Assembly (NCBI GenBank): GCA_046316615.1
Contig: JBKDAN010000049.1
Location: forward strand, 38,927 to 102,926
Source: Phycisphaerae bacterium
Lineage (GTDB): Bacteria > Planctomycetota > Phycisphaerae > Phycisphaerales > UBA1924
Length of the DNA stretch: 64,000 bases
Reading direction: 5' to 3'
Shown here: in pieces, positions 1 through 10,091 of the stretch
Numbering within the stretch: the first letter of the stretch is position 1
Layout: each line of letters opens with the position of its first letter
Notes under the pieces: generated by a model
Database searches by the model: none
Seen by the model: only the letters and a program-made list of their open reading frames with translations
Told to the model about the DNA's origin: nothing
Position numbers and translations under genes: made by a program

Positions 1-45
1 CGCGATTCACTGTCTGACGCAGCAGGTGCCTGCTGTCGCCAAACT

Positions 46-1155
46 GTGAGTGAAGCTGAAACGCGACGACGGCATCCAAACCGCATGCAGTTGATGCAAT
101 CACTCACCGCCGGATCGCTTCGGGCCCGCAATCGCGTGTGGATGGCGCCGCTGACGCGTTGTCGCGCGCCGGGCGGCGAGCCGACAGCGCTCAATGCGAC
201 GTACTACACACAGCGTGCCGGCGCGGGCGTGATCGTGAGTGAAGCGACCAACATCAGCCGCGAGGCCACGGGCTACCCAGATACGCCGGGCATCTATACC
301 AAGGCCCAGGTTGACGGCTGGCGACTGGTGACTGATGCGGTCCACGCGGCGGGCGGAACGATTGTGTGTCAGTTGTGGCACGTGGGACTCGTGAGTCACC
401 CCGACTATCACGATGGTGAACTGCCCGTGGCTCCCAGCGCGATCAACACGGGTGGCGAGTGCCGCGTACCTGATGGTTCGCGCAAGCCGCGGGTCACGCC
501 GCGTGCGCTGGAGACCAGCGAGATTGCGCGTGTCGTGCACGATTACGTGTACGCCGCGAAGATGGCGATTGCCGCAGGTTTTGACGGCGTGGAAGTGCAT
601 GGCGCCAACACGTACTTGATTGATCAGTTCCTGCGCACGGGCAGCAACACGCGGACTGACAAGTATGGCGGCAGCTTGGAAAATCGCTCGCGATTCCTGT
701 TTGAGGTGCTCGACGGCGTGTGCGGCGCGATCGGCAGTCATCGCACCGGCCTGCGACTGAGCCCCAGTGGCGAAACGTCCACGCATCGCGATGACAATCC
801 GCGAGAGACCTTCACGCATGTGGTGCACGAGCTGAACCGCTACAACCTTGCGTTTCTGCATCTGCTGCGATACTGGGGAGATGACGCAGCGACCAAGGCC
901 CGCGAGATTCCGCTGCGCGTCTTTCGTGATGTCTATCGCGGCACGCTGGTTGCCAATGGCAAGTTCACGCCCGATGAGGCGGAAACGTGGGTTGCCCGTG
1001 GCGACGCGGATGCCGTCGCGTTTGGTGAGCTGTTTATCAGTAACCCCGATCTGCCGCAGCGCATTGCGAAGGGAGTGGCGCTTACGCCGCCGGATCGGAG
1101 TACGTACTACAGCAGTGGCGCGAAGGGCTACACGGACTATCCCGCGGCGACGTGA
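46..1155 (+). CDS. NADH:flavin oxidoreductase, Old Yellow Enzyme family (alkene reductase-like)
   Basis: The translation has OYE hallmarks: N-terminal 'LRARNRVWMAPLTRCRA', 'QLWHVG', 'GFDGVEVHGANTYLIDQFL', 'RTDKYGGSLENRSRF' and a C-terminal 'AFGELFISNPDLP'. The true start is probably the internal Met near 85 ('MQLMQSL'). Confidence 0.88.
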   Translation: MSEAETRRRHPNRMQLMQSLTAGSLRARNRVWMAPLTRCRAPGGEPTALNATYYTQRAGAGVIVSEATNISREATGYPDTPGIYTKAQVDGWRLVTDAVHAAGGTIVCQLWHVGLVSHPDYHDGELPVAPSAINTGGECRVPDGSRKPRVTPRALETSEIARVVHDYVYAAKMAIAAGFDGVEVHGANTYLIDQFLRTGSNTRTDKYGGSLENRSRFLFEVLDGVCGAIGSHRTGLRLSPSGETSTHRDDNPRETFTHVVHELNRYNLAFLHLLRYWGDDAATKAREIPLRVFRDVYRGTLVANGKFTPDEAETWVARGDADAVAFGELFISNPDLPQRIAKGVALTPPDRSTYYSSGAKGYTDYPAAT

Positions 1156-1168
1156 TGCGCGTGGGTCT

Positions 1169-2134
1169 TTACCACGGCTTGTGTTGCAGCAGCTCCCCGG
1201 CACGCTGCTTGTTTGATGCGTCAGGGTCAGACTTCGACATCTGCTCAAGCAGCGCCCATTCATCCGGTGGGCCGGTGGAACTCATCTGAAATTCCGCGGC
1301 GATGCGATCACTCATGCATCGCAGGCCATATGCACGGACTGAGGCATCGGGATGGCGCAGCGCCTGGGCGATGATCTGATTGGGAATGTGCACCGCCTGA
1401 TTGATGTCGGGATAGCCGGTGCCCAGCGAGAAGCTAACCATCGCGCTCATGAACCAGGCACGCCGCAGGAATGGCGGCTGGCCAAGTGCGACTGCGAACT
1501 CATGGTCGTACGCCTCTTGTGCGAGGCGCTGCACATCGCGGACCATCCATGTGTCTTGCTCTGGCGTTTCGAGCACGGTCATGGCGAGCGCGTTGACTTC
1601 GTCGATCATCGGTACAAGCGTGACGCACTCCGCATCGGTCATCGCGCCATCGTGTGCGGTGAGATGCGCGAAGCACACGCGCATGGCGGATGAAACCTGT
1701 TGCTGCCAGCGCAAGCGATCCCACGCCGATGTCGATTTATGGAGCGTTGTGTCGACTCCAGGCAGCCCCGCTGGGCTTCGCGGCGGCTGCTCAGCGCGAA
1801 GCGCGATCTCACGCAGCACCGCGCGGGGCAGCTTGCTGGTCCATGGTACAGGAATGGCGTTCCACACTGCAACAGGCAGCAGCAAAATCGCCAAGGCCAT
1901 GCACGCGCGGGCCAGCACCGGGTGCCGCTTGGCTTGGTGGAGCGCGTATGCGGAAGACGCGACAGTGCCACACTCAGGACACTTCTTGCCCGAGACCAGC
2001 GACATGTCGTACTGACATCGCGGGCAGCGGCGACTGCCGTATGTGTTGTCACCCATCCACGCCCACCACGCCAACCCGAGCAGCGCTACGGGAATGACAA
2101 AGAGCGCGATGGTGATGACCACATGCAAGTTCAT
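1169..2134 (-). CDS. Hypothetical membrane-anchored zinc-ribbon protein with a helical (HEAT-like) C-terminal region
   Basis: ORF 1169..2314. I place the start at the internal Met (2134), 'MNLHVVITIALFVIPVALLGLAWWAW' (TM helix), followed by 'CPRCQYDMSLVSGKKCPECG'. The C-terminus is helical-repeat-like. I recognise no family. Confidence 0.55.
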   Translation of the reverse strand: MNLHVVITIALFVIPVALLGLAWWAWMGDNTYGSRRCPRCQYDMSLVSGKKCPECGTVASSAYALHQAKRHPVLARACMALAILLLPVAVWNAIPVPWTSKLPRAVLREIALRAEQPPRSPAGLPGVDTTLHKSTSAWDRLRWQQQVSSAMRVCFAHLTAHDGAMTDAECVTLVPMIDEVNALAMTVLETPEQDTWMVRDVQRLAQEAYDHEFAVALGQPPFLRRAWFMSAMVSFSLGTGYPDINQAVHIPNQIIAQALRHPDASVRAYGLRCMSDRIAAEFQMSSTGPPDEWALLEQMSKSDPDASNKQRAGELLQHKPW

Positions 2135-2453
2135 GCGAGCGCTCCAGCTTGAACGCAGACTTGGTTGTAGTGCATGCAAGCCCCTTGGAGCATGGTGGAT
2201 GGACTGAGGATTCTCACACCGACGCGAGTGATTGGCAAGGCGAGCATCAGTGGGATTTGGCTGGTAAATACAGAGTGTTTTTTCTGGAATAGAGCGATTT
2301 GCGGAAGCGAGCAATATGAAAATTGAGTCTCATTTATCGAAACCGACCGATTCGGCCGGGCGTATCGCGTGTGCCAGCGCGACGGTGCCGGCGCAAACAG
2401 CCCCTACCCACGGCCGCCCCGTTAGCATCGTGCGAGCGGGGCGGTCTGTTTTT

Positions 2454-2488
<35 letters not shown>

Positions 2489-2619
2489 AGGGGGAGTCGT
2501 GGGGTATGCGTCAACAGGAACATCCAGGAACGCACACGGTCGCGTTCGTGATGCGAACAACGCTTGGCGGCACCCCGAGCGCGAGCGTCGTCCCTGCTCT
2601 CTGTTCTCTGTCCCCGCCC

Positions 2620-3627
2620 TCACCGCCGCGTCACGCTGATGCGGACGCTCTTGGTGGTGCTTTCCACTTTCAGGCCTTCGGGAATATTGGGGAACTCGAT
2701 GGTTTGCGCGGTGATGCCGCGTTCGAGATCGCTCACGGTGAGGCTGACGAGGGCGGTGATGGGCAGGGTGCGGTTACGGACTTGCTCGACGAGTTCTTCG
2801 GAGCCGATGACGCGGACGTTGGTGAGGAACTGGTCTTGCGGCGCGATTTGGATGTTCCAGCGCGTGAGTTGATCGGGCTCGACGCGGACGTAGACGGGCA
2901 CCTGCGACAGCGTGAGTTCGGTGCCGCGCATGGGTTTGGTGAGAGTCACGTCAACCGTTGGCGGCTCGATGCGCATCTTGGCGCGGTCGGCGATGTCGAA
3001 CGGCGGGCGCAGCGAGAGGCCTCGCAGTGTTTCGGTCTTGCCACCGGGCAGCTTGTCAAGCAGTTCGGTGGGCATGGCGATGCTGACGATGTCCTGGGGC
3101 GCGAGGCGGGCGATATCGCGCGAGGGCATGGTGAGCTTGACGGTGGGCGGGCTGATGACGGGCACGGCGTTGCTGCCCAGAGCGGTGCTGATTTCCGCCG
3201 GCAGCCTCACAGCGATCTCACGCGTTTCGAGCTCGTCGAAGACGATATCGAGCACGGGCGGCTCGACGCGGCGGATGCTGACGCCCAGCTCGACCATGTC
3301 GGGGTTCTCGCGCAGCACCTGAGCAAGATCAATCGTGCCCACGCCCGGCACGACCGGCACGTTGACGGTGCCCGCCATGACTTCCAGCGGCGCACGCAGG
3401 CGGCGCTCAACATTTTCCACGCGAGAGCTGTTGGTCTGGATCCAGACGTCGACCGAGGTTTCCTTGCGATTCTCCGCGGTGACGAAGCTGTAGCGAGCGT
3501 TCTCAGGCGTGACCAACGTGAGGCGCGCGGGCATCTTCTGCTCGCGCAGCGTCTCGCTCTCCGCGAAGATCCACACGAAGACCGCGACGAAGGTGGTGAT
3601 GACGAGATTTTTGATCGTCTGCCACAT
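2620..3627 (-). CDS. cdaR: YbbR-like domain protein (CdaR-type regulator of diadenylate cyclase)
   Basis: It lies immediately downstream of the DAC-domain gene. It has an N-terminal TM segment ('MWQTIKNLVITTFVAVFVWIFA') followed by repeated beta-rich modules typical of YbbR repeats. The assignment rests mainly on the conserved cdaA-cdaR synteny. Start taken at the internal Met 3627 (the ORF extends to 3696). Confidence 0.7.
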   Translation of the reverse strand: MWQTIKNLVITTFVAVFVWIFAESETLREQKMPARLTLVTPENARYSFVTAENRKETSVDVWIQTNSSRVENVERRLRAPLEVMAGTVNVPVVPGVGTIDLAQVLRENPDMVELGVSIRRVEPPVLDIVFDELETREIAVRLPAEISTALGSNAVPVISPPTVKLTMPSRDIARLAPQDIVSIAMPTELLDKLPGGKTETLRGLSLRPPFDIADRAKMRIEPPTVDVTLTKPMRGTELTLSQVPVYVRVEPDQLTRWNIQIAPQDQFLTNVRVIGSEELVEQVRNRTLPITALVSLTVSDLERGITAQTIEFPNIPEGLKVESTTKSVRISVTRR

Positions 3628-3643
3628 GCTCTTGCTCGGCCAC

Positions 3644-4732
3644 TCAGGCCTTTCGCTCCCGTTCGCCCGCGGTGATGCCCGCGGCGGATGAATCACTGTT
3701 GTTCATGCCCAAGACGCCCGAACCGCCGTTGGTCGCCTCGTTCATGCTGCTGTCGCCCGCGAGCGATGCGCCGGCGAGCGTGTCGCCCGCGATGCTGTCG
3801 CCCGGGTTTGCGCCCATGATCGAGTCGTTGCTGGGGCCTTCGGCCATGGCCATGTCGCGACGTTCGGCGGCGGTGGGCACGTCGGGCACGGGCGGGGGCG
3901 GCGGCACGGTGCTGCCGCCGCGACGGCGATCGATCGTCGTCGTCAGGCGGGAGGTCAGCAGGTCACTGAACTGTTCAATGGTGAGTGGTTTGGTCAGCTT
4001 GCCGCGTTCTGCGATGCGGATGTTGCCCGTCTCTTCGCTGACGACGACAACCAGAGCATCACACTCCTGGCTCAGGCCCACGGCGGCACGGTGACGGCTG
4101 CCCAGCCGCGGATCGGGCATGTCCTGCGGGTCTGCGAGCGGAAGCTGCACGCCGGCGGAGTCGATCACGCGTCCGCGGACGATACAGGCAAGGTCGTGCA
4201 GTGCCGCACCCGGGAAGAAGATGGCTTGGAGCAGGCGGCTGGAAAGCTCGGCCCCCATCTTGGTGCCACCCTCAACCAGGCCGCTGAGCTTGGTCTGGCG
4301 TTCGATGACCACCAGCGCGCCGAACTTGGCGCGGCTGAGGTACTCGACCGCGTCGGAGACTTCTTCGACAATGATGCGGATGTCTTTGGGCGTGCTGCGA
4401 AGGAAGCTGGTTTCACCCAGACGGACCAGGGCCCGGCGGAGTTCGGGCTGGAAGATGACGACGAGCGCGACGGCGACCAGGGCGAGAAACTTGTCGTAGA
4501 GCAGGCCCAGGCGCTGGAAGGAGCCGTCACCCCCGAACAGGCGGCTCATGACGGTGAGCACGATGAGGATGACCAGCAGGCCCTTCATGGCGCCGGCGGC
4601 CCGCGTGCCCTGCACAAACCGCACGACTAGCCAGACCACCAGCCAAATGACAGCGAACTCGACTGCGATTTCCCACCATTGGTAGGTCAGCAGCCGGTTC
4701 TGCAGGCTCTGGATGCGGTCGAGCACGCCCAA
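3644..4732 (-). CDS. cdaA: Diadenylate cyclase CdaA (DAC domain) with a low-complexity C-terminal tail
   Basis: N-terminal TM helices, then DAC motifs: 'GALVVIERQ', 'HDLACIVRGRVIDSAGVQLPL' and 'LGSRHRAAVGLSQECDALVVVVSEETGNIRIAERGKL' (RHRAA and SEETG signatures). The ORF extends to 4981 but overlaps the divergent Nfu-like gene. The likely start is TTG 4732 or GTG 4726, preceded by AAGGGA. Confidence 0.88.
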   Translation of the reverse strand: MGVLDRIQSLQNRLLTYQWWEIAVEFAVIWLVVWLVVRFVQGTRAAGAMKGLLVILIVLTVMSRLFGGDGSFQRLGLLYDKFLALVAVALVVIFQPELRRALVRLGETSFLRSTPKDIRIIVEEVSDAVEYLSRAKFGALVVIERQTKLSGLVEGGTKMGAELSSRLLQAIFFPGAALHDLACIVRGRVIDSAGVQLPLADPQDMPDPRLGSRHRAAVGLSQECDALVVVVSEETGNIRIAERGKLTKPLTIEQFSDLLTSRLTTTIDRRRGGSTVPPPPPVPDVPTAAERRDMAMAEGPSNDSIMGANPGDSIAGDTLAGASLAGDSSMNEATNGGSGVLGMNNSDSSAAGITAGERERKA

Positions 4733-4939
4733 CGAGGGTCCCTTTAAGCATGGTCGCGTTTGGAAAACGGGAGCGACTGCGGTGCAGTCAGAAAACTCCC
4801 CCACGATTGTAACTGCCTTTATGAGTAACTTCGTGCCGGGGAGGGCGTGAAGTTCGGCGAATCTTGAAAGTTGCTGACCGGGATGCGCCCCGACCATCCT
4901 GGCCTGTGCGATAGAGCCGCGCGGGCGGTACCGTTGCGC

Positions 4940-5215
4940 ATGCCGCGAGTGACGGAGTACGTGACCACGCCCAACCCGCACGCCATCAAGTGCGTGCTGG
5001 ATGCGCCGCTGCCCGCCTTGGAGTCGGCGGACAAAGTCCGCAGTTACCGCGACGCCGCCAGCGCTGCGGCGGATCCGGTTGCGGCGAAGCTGTTTGCGAT
5101 CGAGGGCGTTCGCAACGTGCTGATCGTGGGGAACTGGGTGACGGTGGGGAAGGCCCCGGAGGCGACGTGGAAAGCGGTCAAGGCGAGCGTGGAGCAGACG
5201 CTGGCTTCGCTCTGA
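4940..5215 (+). CDS. Nfu/NifU N-terminal-like scaffold domain protein
   Basis: 'MPRVTEYVTTPNPHAIKCVLD...AAKLFAIEGVRNVLIVGNWVTVGK' resembles the small Nfu_N/scaffold domain proteins ('TPNPNALKF...', 'l..i.GV..vf....fitv.k'). Start taken at the internal Met of ORF 4871..5215. Confidence 0.65.
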   Translation: MPRVTEYVTTPNPHAIKCVLDAPLPALESADKVRSYRDAASAAADPVAAKLFAIEGVRNVLIVGNWVTVGKAPEATWKAVKASVEQTLASL

Positions 5216-5241
5216 TCACTCGCTCTCATGACATGCTCTGA

Positions 5242-6918
5242 TCATTTCTTGACGGGCTGGGCCTTTTCGTCATCGCTGATCATGCGGTCGAGCATCGTGC
5301 CGACGAGGGCGGTGGTTGCGCCGTCGTGTGAGCCTTCGCCCTGCACCATGATGCGCGGGGTGATCTGGATGTTCTGCTCGCCCACGATCTTGAGGAGTTC
5401 GATCAAGGCGGCGTTGCTCTTACCGATCTGTTCGGCGATCTGCTTGTACGCGTCGGCCTGGGCCATGGCTTTGATCTTGATGGCCTGAGCCTCGCCCTCG
5501 GCTTCAGCGATGCGCCGCTTCTGGTCTTCGCCGGCGATCTTGACGCTATAGGCGGCGGTAGCAAGCTTCTTTTCTTCTTCGCTTTCCTGAGTCGTACGGC
5601 TGAGCTGCTTCTTCTGCTCGGCGGCCTTCTGCTGCTCCTGGAAGGTCTGCTGCTCCTGCTTGGCCAGTTCACGGTCGGTCTGTGTCTTGAGCAGGCTACC
5701 CAAGCTTTGCTCGTCGCCCACTTCGCCAATGCGCACGGCGGTGACTTTCACGCCGAATCGTGACATTTGCTCGGTGAGCATGACCAGTGACTGGCTCTCC
5801 TGCAGGCTGCGCTGCTGGACGTAGTCGAGGGCGCGGACCTTCTCGGCGTTGTTACGGAAGATTGCACGCACCGCGCTGTTCATCACGTTGCGGAAGCGTT
5901 CGCCTTCGTCATCACCCAGACTGGCGACAACCACGGGGGCGTTGACGGCTTCGATGACGTACTCGACGCGCACATCGACCGGGAACTTGAAGCCGTCGCT
6001 GGTGGTCACGCGGATTTCACGCTCTTCAGCCACGGGATCCTGCATCGCGCCGCTGCGCGGCTGGGTCGGGGGCACGCTGCCACTGCCATACTGCGCGGCG
6101 GTGTAGTGGGCGACCATGACACTGCTGTAGAGTTCGATGACGCTGAAGGCGTCGGTATTGATGGGGTACTTGCCGGGCTTGAGCACTTCTCGGCGGATGC
6201 CCATTTCGCCATCTTTGGCGAAGCTGAGCACGCGCTCGTCAGGCAGCTTCGCGGCTTGTTCGGGCGAGATCTCGGCGTTGGTGGTGGCATCAACCAAGAT
6301 GCTGCCCGGCGTGCCGAAGTTGGACTTCACGACGCCCACTTCGCCTTGCAGAATCTCGGTCTGATCCACCATCTTCACGCGGAAGAGCAGCGGATTGAGG
6401 CGATAGGTGCCGGGGGGAAGCACGCTGACCTGCTTGCCCTTGTAGCCCTTGCCTGTCGTAAGGAAGTAGCGGGCGTCTTGCATGTCCTCGAAGGTGGCTT
6501 GGCTCCATTCGGGGGCGAAGAGTTGGCCGCCTGTCAGCGTCAGGCCGTCGGTGGCCTCAATGATGCCGATCATGCCGCTTTCCACAATTGTGAGCGGCTG
6601 GTTGGTGACGCTATAGATGAAGGGCCAGTACCAGAAGTGCAGGCCCGGCGGGAGCGTGTCGGCCTGCGGGCCCATCTCGCCGTTGACGGCGATGATCTTG
6701 CCGTTCTTGAGCGAGGGACCAAGCCAGTTCTTGTTGACCACGCCCACTCGGTCACTGGGCACGTAGACGACGCTACAGAAGGCGAGCCCGACGAAAAGGG
6801 AGAAGCCAGCGGCGACGAGCGCGGCGGTCTTGGCCGACTTGGCCTGCCAGCGAAACGCAGCGACCACGAAGAGCAGTGCGACGATGATGGCGAGAATAAG
6901 GATGAACGTGCCGAGCAT
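5242..6918 (-). CDS. SPFH/Band 7 (flotillin-like) membrane protein
   Basis: N-terminal TM helices are followed by an SPFH-like core and a long charged coiled-coil ('ELAKQEQQTFQEQQKAAEQKKQL...IAEAEGEAQAIKIKAMAQADAYKQIAEQIG'), as in flotillins. Start at Met 6918, preceded by GGGAGG; the ORF extends to 7044. Confidence 0.78.
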   Translation of the reverse strand: MLGTFILILAIIVALLFVVAAFRWQAKSAKTAALVAAGFSLFVGLAFCSVVYVPSDRVGVVNKNWLGPSLKNGKIIAVNGEMGPQADTLPPGLHFWYWPFIYSVTNQPLTIVESGMIGIIEATDGLTLTGGQLFAPEWSQATFEDMQDARYFLTTGKGYKGKQVSVLPPGTYRLNPLLFRVKMVDQTEILQGEVGVVKSNFGTPGSILVDATTNAEISPEQAAKLPDERVLSFAKDGEMGIRREVLKPGKYPINTDAFSVIELYSSVMVAHYTAAQYGSGSVPPTQPRSGAMQDPVAEEREIRVTTSDGFKFPVDVRVEYVIEAVNAPVVVASLGDDEGERFRNVMNSAVRAIFRNNAEKVRALDYVQQRSLQESQSLVMLTEQMSRFGVKVTAVRIGEVGDEQSLGSLLKTQTDRELAKQEQQTFQEQQKAAEQKKQLSRTTQESEEEKKLATAAYSVKIAGEDQKRRIAEAEGEAQAIKIKAMAQADAYKQIAEQIGKSNAALIELLKIVGEQNIQITPRIMVQGEGSHDGATTALVGTMLDRMISDDEKAQPVKK

Positions 6919-7013
6919 GAGCAATGCCTCCCTGCCGGGCGTGGGCGCATGACAGCGCGCTCGCGCGGCGCGAGTGTGTTTGGAGTTTGAGATATCGGGT
7001 TTCAGCATGAAAA

Positions 7014-7943
7014 GTGAACAAAGTTCGCCCGGAGACGGTGTCACTACGATGCAGCATGCTGCGAGGGGGCGATTCCAATCAGAGCACGCAACGACCCCGC
7101 AGTGTCAGTTGGGGGATGGGATGGGTGTTGGTGGGTCTGGGGCTCTTGGGACCGTGCGTCGTGGCAGCGGCTGTGGGGTATGCGAACTACGGCTACGTGC
7201 TGGGGCCGGGTTTGCCAGACGCGCGGTTGCGCAATCCCGCAGCGATCCAATGCGTCGCGGTCGTCTATACGAGCAACGGGGTCGTGACAACCTTTCAGCG
7301 CGATATCCCTTCGCTCGCGCGTGCGCAAACCTCGATTCCACGGCTGTGGCAGACGTATCACTCCTTCCTGCAGGCGTATGGCGTGAAATTGGCGCCGTCA
7401 GACGTCTCGGCCACGTTGCCGCCACCACCGGCCACCGACGGGTTGTTTGAGACGCTGGTTCAAGAGGGTGTACTGAGCGCGGCGGTGTTTCGCCCCGAGG
7501 TGCCGAGCAGTTTTGAAGGGGCGGTCATTCACTTCACGTCGACAAACGACGAACCGCTGGTGGGAGTCATTCTGTCAATCTACGGGCCGGACATCTATCG
7601 GGCTCGCATCGTGCAGGTGGTGGCGCGGGGCGATCCAACGAAGTGGGAGGTCTTGCACGCGCGGTCGTTCACTGCACCGATCGCGAACCAGAGCGAGGCA
7701 CCGCTCTTTGAGAACATTGCACCGCTGCTCTATCTCATCCTCGGAGCACCACTGATCGCACTTGGCGTCATTGTGCTCGGTGTGCGCAAACTGCTGCTGA
7801 TCTGGGATCATCAAGCGTGGCAGTGCCCGTTCTGCCGCTACGACGTGTCGGGTTTGGGTGCGGCGACGTGTCCGGAATGCGGGCATGCGCTGCCGCCGGG
7901 GCAGCGTCCTGACTTGGCGGTGTCCGACGCTCAGGCCCCTTAG
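7014..7943 (+). CDS. Hypothetical membrane protein with a C-terminal TM helix plus zinc ribbon
   Basis: N-terminal TM segment ('[20 protein letters not shown]', possible true start about 7116). C-terminal TM '[20 protein letters not shown]' followed by '[25 protein letters not shown]'. Same motif as the proteins at 1169-2134 and 47850-49307. Confidence 0.55.
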   Translation: MNKVRPETVSLRCSMLRGGDSNQSTQRPRSVSWGMGWVLVGLGLLGPCVVAAAVGYANYGYVLGPGLPDARLRNPAAIQCVAVVYTSNGVVTTFQRDIPSLARAQTSIPRLWQTYHSFLQAYGVKLAPSDVSATLPPPPATDGLFETLVQEGVLSAAVFRPEVPSSFEGAVIHFTSTNDEPLVGVILSIYGPDIYRARIVQVVARGDPTKWEVLHARSFTAPIANQSEAPLFENIAPLLYLILGAPLIALGVIVLGVRKLLLIWDHQAWQCPFCRYDVSGLGAATCPECGHALPPGQRPDLAVSDAQAP

Positions 7944-7972
7944 AATCGCCTCCAATTTCTCGGAGGCTTCCC

Positions 7973-9496
7973 ATGTCCTGGCTTCGCGTTGTTGATGCTC
8001 TTTCTCCCGCCAAGGCTCCTGTCGGCACCCGTGTGACCGTGAAGGGCTGGGTTCGCACTCGCCGAGACAGCAAGGCGGAGGGCGGGCTGTCGTTCGTCGC
8101 GGTGCATGATGGCACGTGCTTTGACGCCATTCAGGCTGTCGTGAAGGGGGACATTGCCAATTACACCAGCGAAGTTGTCAAGCTGACGACGCACTGCTCG
8201 GTCGAAGTGACCGGCGTGATTGCGCAGACGCCCAAGGGCGGCAACGAGATTCAGGTAGAAGCCGCGAGCGGCGGCAGCGTGAAGGTCGTGGGCTGGGTGG
8301 AAGATCCCGACCACTACCCGATTCAGCCCAAGCCGCACAGCTTCGAGTATCTGCGCGAGCAGGCGCACCTGCGCGTGCGTACCAACACGTTCGGCGCGGT
8401 GGCCCGCATGCGGCACTGCCTGAGCATGGCGATTCACCGGTTCTATCACGAGCGCGGCTTTTACTACGTCCACACGCCCATCATCACGGGCAGCGACTGC
8501 GAAGGCGCGGGCAACATGTTCAAGGTGAGCACGCTGGACATGATGCGGCCTTTGCCGCGAGTGCCTGCAGAGAGCGAATCGGCAGAAGCCAAGAAGCTGC
8601 GCGAGGAGTTCTCGAAGAAGGCCAACATGCCGGCGTGGACGTACGGGCAGGTTGATCACAGCGGCGACTTCTTCGGCAAGGAATCGCACCTGACGGTGAG
8701 CGGGCAGCTCAACGTGGAGACGTATTGCTGTGCGATGTCGCGCGTGTACACGTTCGGGCCGACGTTCCGCGCTGAGAACAGCAACACCAGTCGCCACCTG
8801 GCGGAGTTCTGGATGATTGAACCGGAAATCGCGTTTGCCGATTTGCAGGCGGACAGCGAGCTGGCGGAAGACTTCATCAAATTCCTGATCAACGCGGCGC
8901 TGACGGAGCGCGCGGATGACATGAAGTTCTTTGATGAACGCATTGAGAAGGGTTTGCTCGCGCGGCTTGACCACGTGCTGAAGACGCCTTTCCGCCGACT
9001 GCCTTACACCGAGGCGATCAAGATTCTTGAGCAGGCCATCGCCAAGGGTGAGAAGTTTGAGTACCCGGTGAAGTGGGGCACGGACCTGCAGAGCGAGCAT
9101 GAACGCTACCTGACCGAAAAGCACTTCAAGCAGCCGGTCATTCTGATGAACTACCCCAAGCAGATCAAAGCGTTCTACATGCGACTGAACGCGCCGGGCA
9201 CCGATAGCGCGCCCGGCGACACGGTGGCGGCGATGGACGTGCTGGTGCCGGGTGTGGGCGAGATCATCGGTGGCAGCCAGCGCGAGGAGCGCATTGATGT
9301 GCTGGATGCACGCATCAATGAGATGGGCCTGCCCATCAAGGAATACTGGTGGTACCGCGATCTGCGGCGTTTCGGCACGGTGCCTCACGCGGGCTTCGGG
9401 CTGGGCTTTGAGCGCGCGATGATGTTCATCACGGGCATGCAGAACGTGCGCGATGTGATTCCGTTCCCGCGGACGCCGAAGAACGCGGAGTTCTGA
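7973..9496 (+). CDS. asnS: Asparagine--tRNA ligase
   Basis: Class IIb aaRS with an OB anticodon-binding N-terminus ('[26 protein letters not shown]') and AsnRS-specific motifs: '[24 protein letters not shown]', 'GSQREER' and '[18 protein letters not shown]'. Confidence 0.95.
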   Translation: MSWLRVVDALSPAKAPVGTRVTVKGWVRTRRDSKAEGGLSFVAVHDGTCFDAIQAVVKGDIANYTSEVVKLTTHCSVEVTGVIAQTPKGGNEIQVEAASGGSVKVVGWVEDPDHYPIQPKPHSFEYLREQAHLRVRTNTFGAVARMRHCLSMAIHRFYHERGFYYVHTPIITGSDCEGAGNMFKVSTLDMMRPLPRVPAESESAEAKKLREEFSKKANMPAWTYGQVDHSGDFFGKESHLTVSGQLNVETYCCAMSRVYTFGPTFRAENSNTSRHLAEFWMIEPEIAFADLQADSELAEDFIKFLINAALTERADDMKFFDERIEKGLLARLDHVLKTPFRRLPYTEAIKILEQAIAKGEKFEYPVKWGTDLQSEHERYLTEKHFKQPVILMNYPKQIKAFYMRLNAPGTDSAPGDTVAAMDVLVPGVGEIIGGSQREERIDVLDARINEMGLPIKEYWWYRDLRRFGTVPHAGFGLGFERAMMFITGMQNVRDVIPFPRTPKNAEF

Positions 9497-9500
9497 GATC

Positions 9501-10001
9501 ATGCCGCTCAATCTGCCGCCCGAGTTCTGGAATCAGCTGGCGCAGGCATCGTCGGTGCCACTGCTTGTGCCCACTGTTCCCAAGTCGTCGCGTGCTGAGT
9601 GGATCACGACGTCGGGCCGGCTCGTCTCATCCATCAACGTTCGCACGGTTGAGCAGAACCGCTTTGTCGTCAAGCCGATCAACCTTGCTGACTCCGTAGA
9701 TTGGTGCAGGAATTTCGAGTCTTTGCTTTGCTCGTATGACGTGCGCGCGGCGGCGTTTCGCGCTCACTGTGTTGCGACTGAGGAGCAGTGCAAAGCGTAT
9801 CGCGTCGCCACATTCATACAGGGCGACGAGGTGCCGCTGTGCTGCGGCAAACCCATGTACTTCGTCGGACAGATCGACGACAACAACATCTGCGACGAGC
9901 CGCCTTTGGAGCACAAGTACTGGTGGCATGATGCCGCGAGCTTCTATGTGTTTACGTGCAGCACCTGCCTTGAGTGCAAAGCCGTTGGGCAGCAGTTTTA
10001 G
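9501..10001 (+). CDS. Hypothetical Cys-rich protein
   Basis: 166-aa ORF starting 4 nt after the asnS stop. The C-terminus 'CCGKPMYFVGQIDD...YVFTCSTCLECK' is Cys-rich and loosely reminiscent of DUF1963/YwqG-type proteins; I am not confident of that. G+C looks lower than in asnS. Confidence 0.5.
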   Translation: MPLNLPPEFWNQLAQASSVPLLVPTVPKSSRAEWITTSGRLVSSINVRTVEQNRFVVKPINLADSVDWCRNFESLLCSYDVRAAAFRAHCVATEEQCKAYRVATFIQGDEVPLCCGKPMYFVGQIDDNNICDEPPLEHKYWWHDAASFYVFTCSTCLECKAVGQQF

Positions 10002-10091
10002 TGCTGCGTGACAAAATGAACCGCCCTGTTTGCCGCTTCACACCGTAGATGGGTGTAGCCTGCGACCAACCTGCGGCAACCAACCTGCCGC

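Noticed and set aside
100-1263. 387-aa ORF antisense to the OYE reductase gene
   Set aside because: It is Arg/Ala-rich with no recognisable motifs and lies fully within a gene with strong family signatures. This is a typical high-G+C shadow ORF.
7940-9511. 523-aa ORF antisense to asnS
   Set aside because: asnS on the plus strand has unambiguous class II aaRS motifs. The antisense translation is His/Arg/Leu-rich nonsense.
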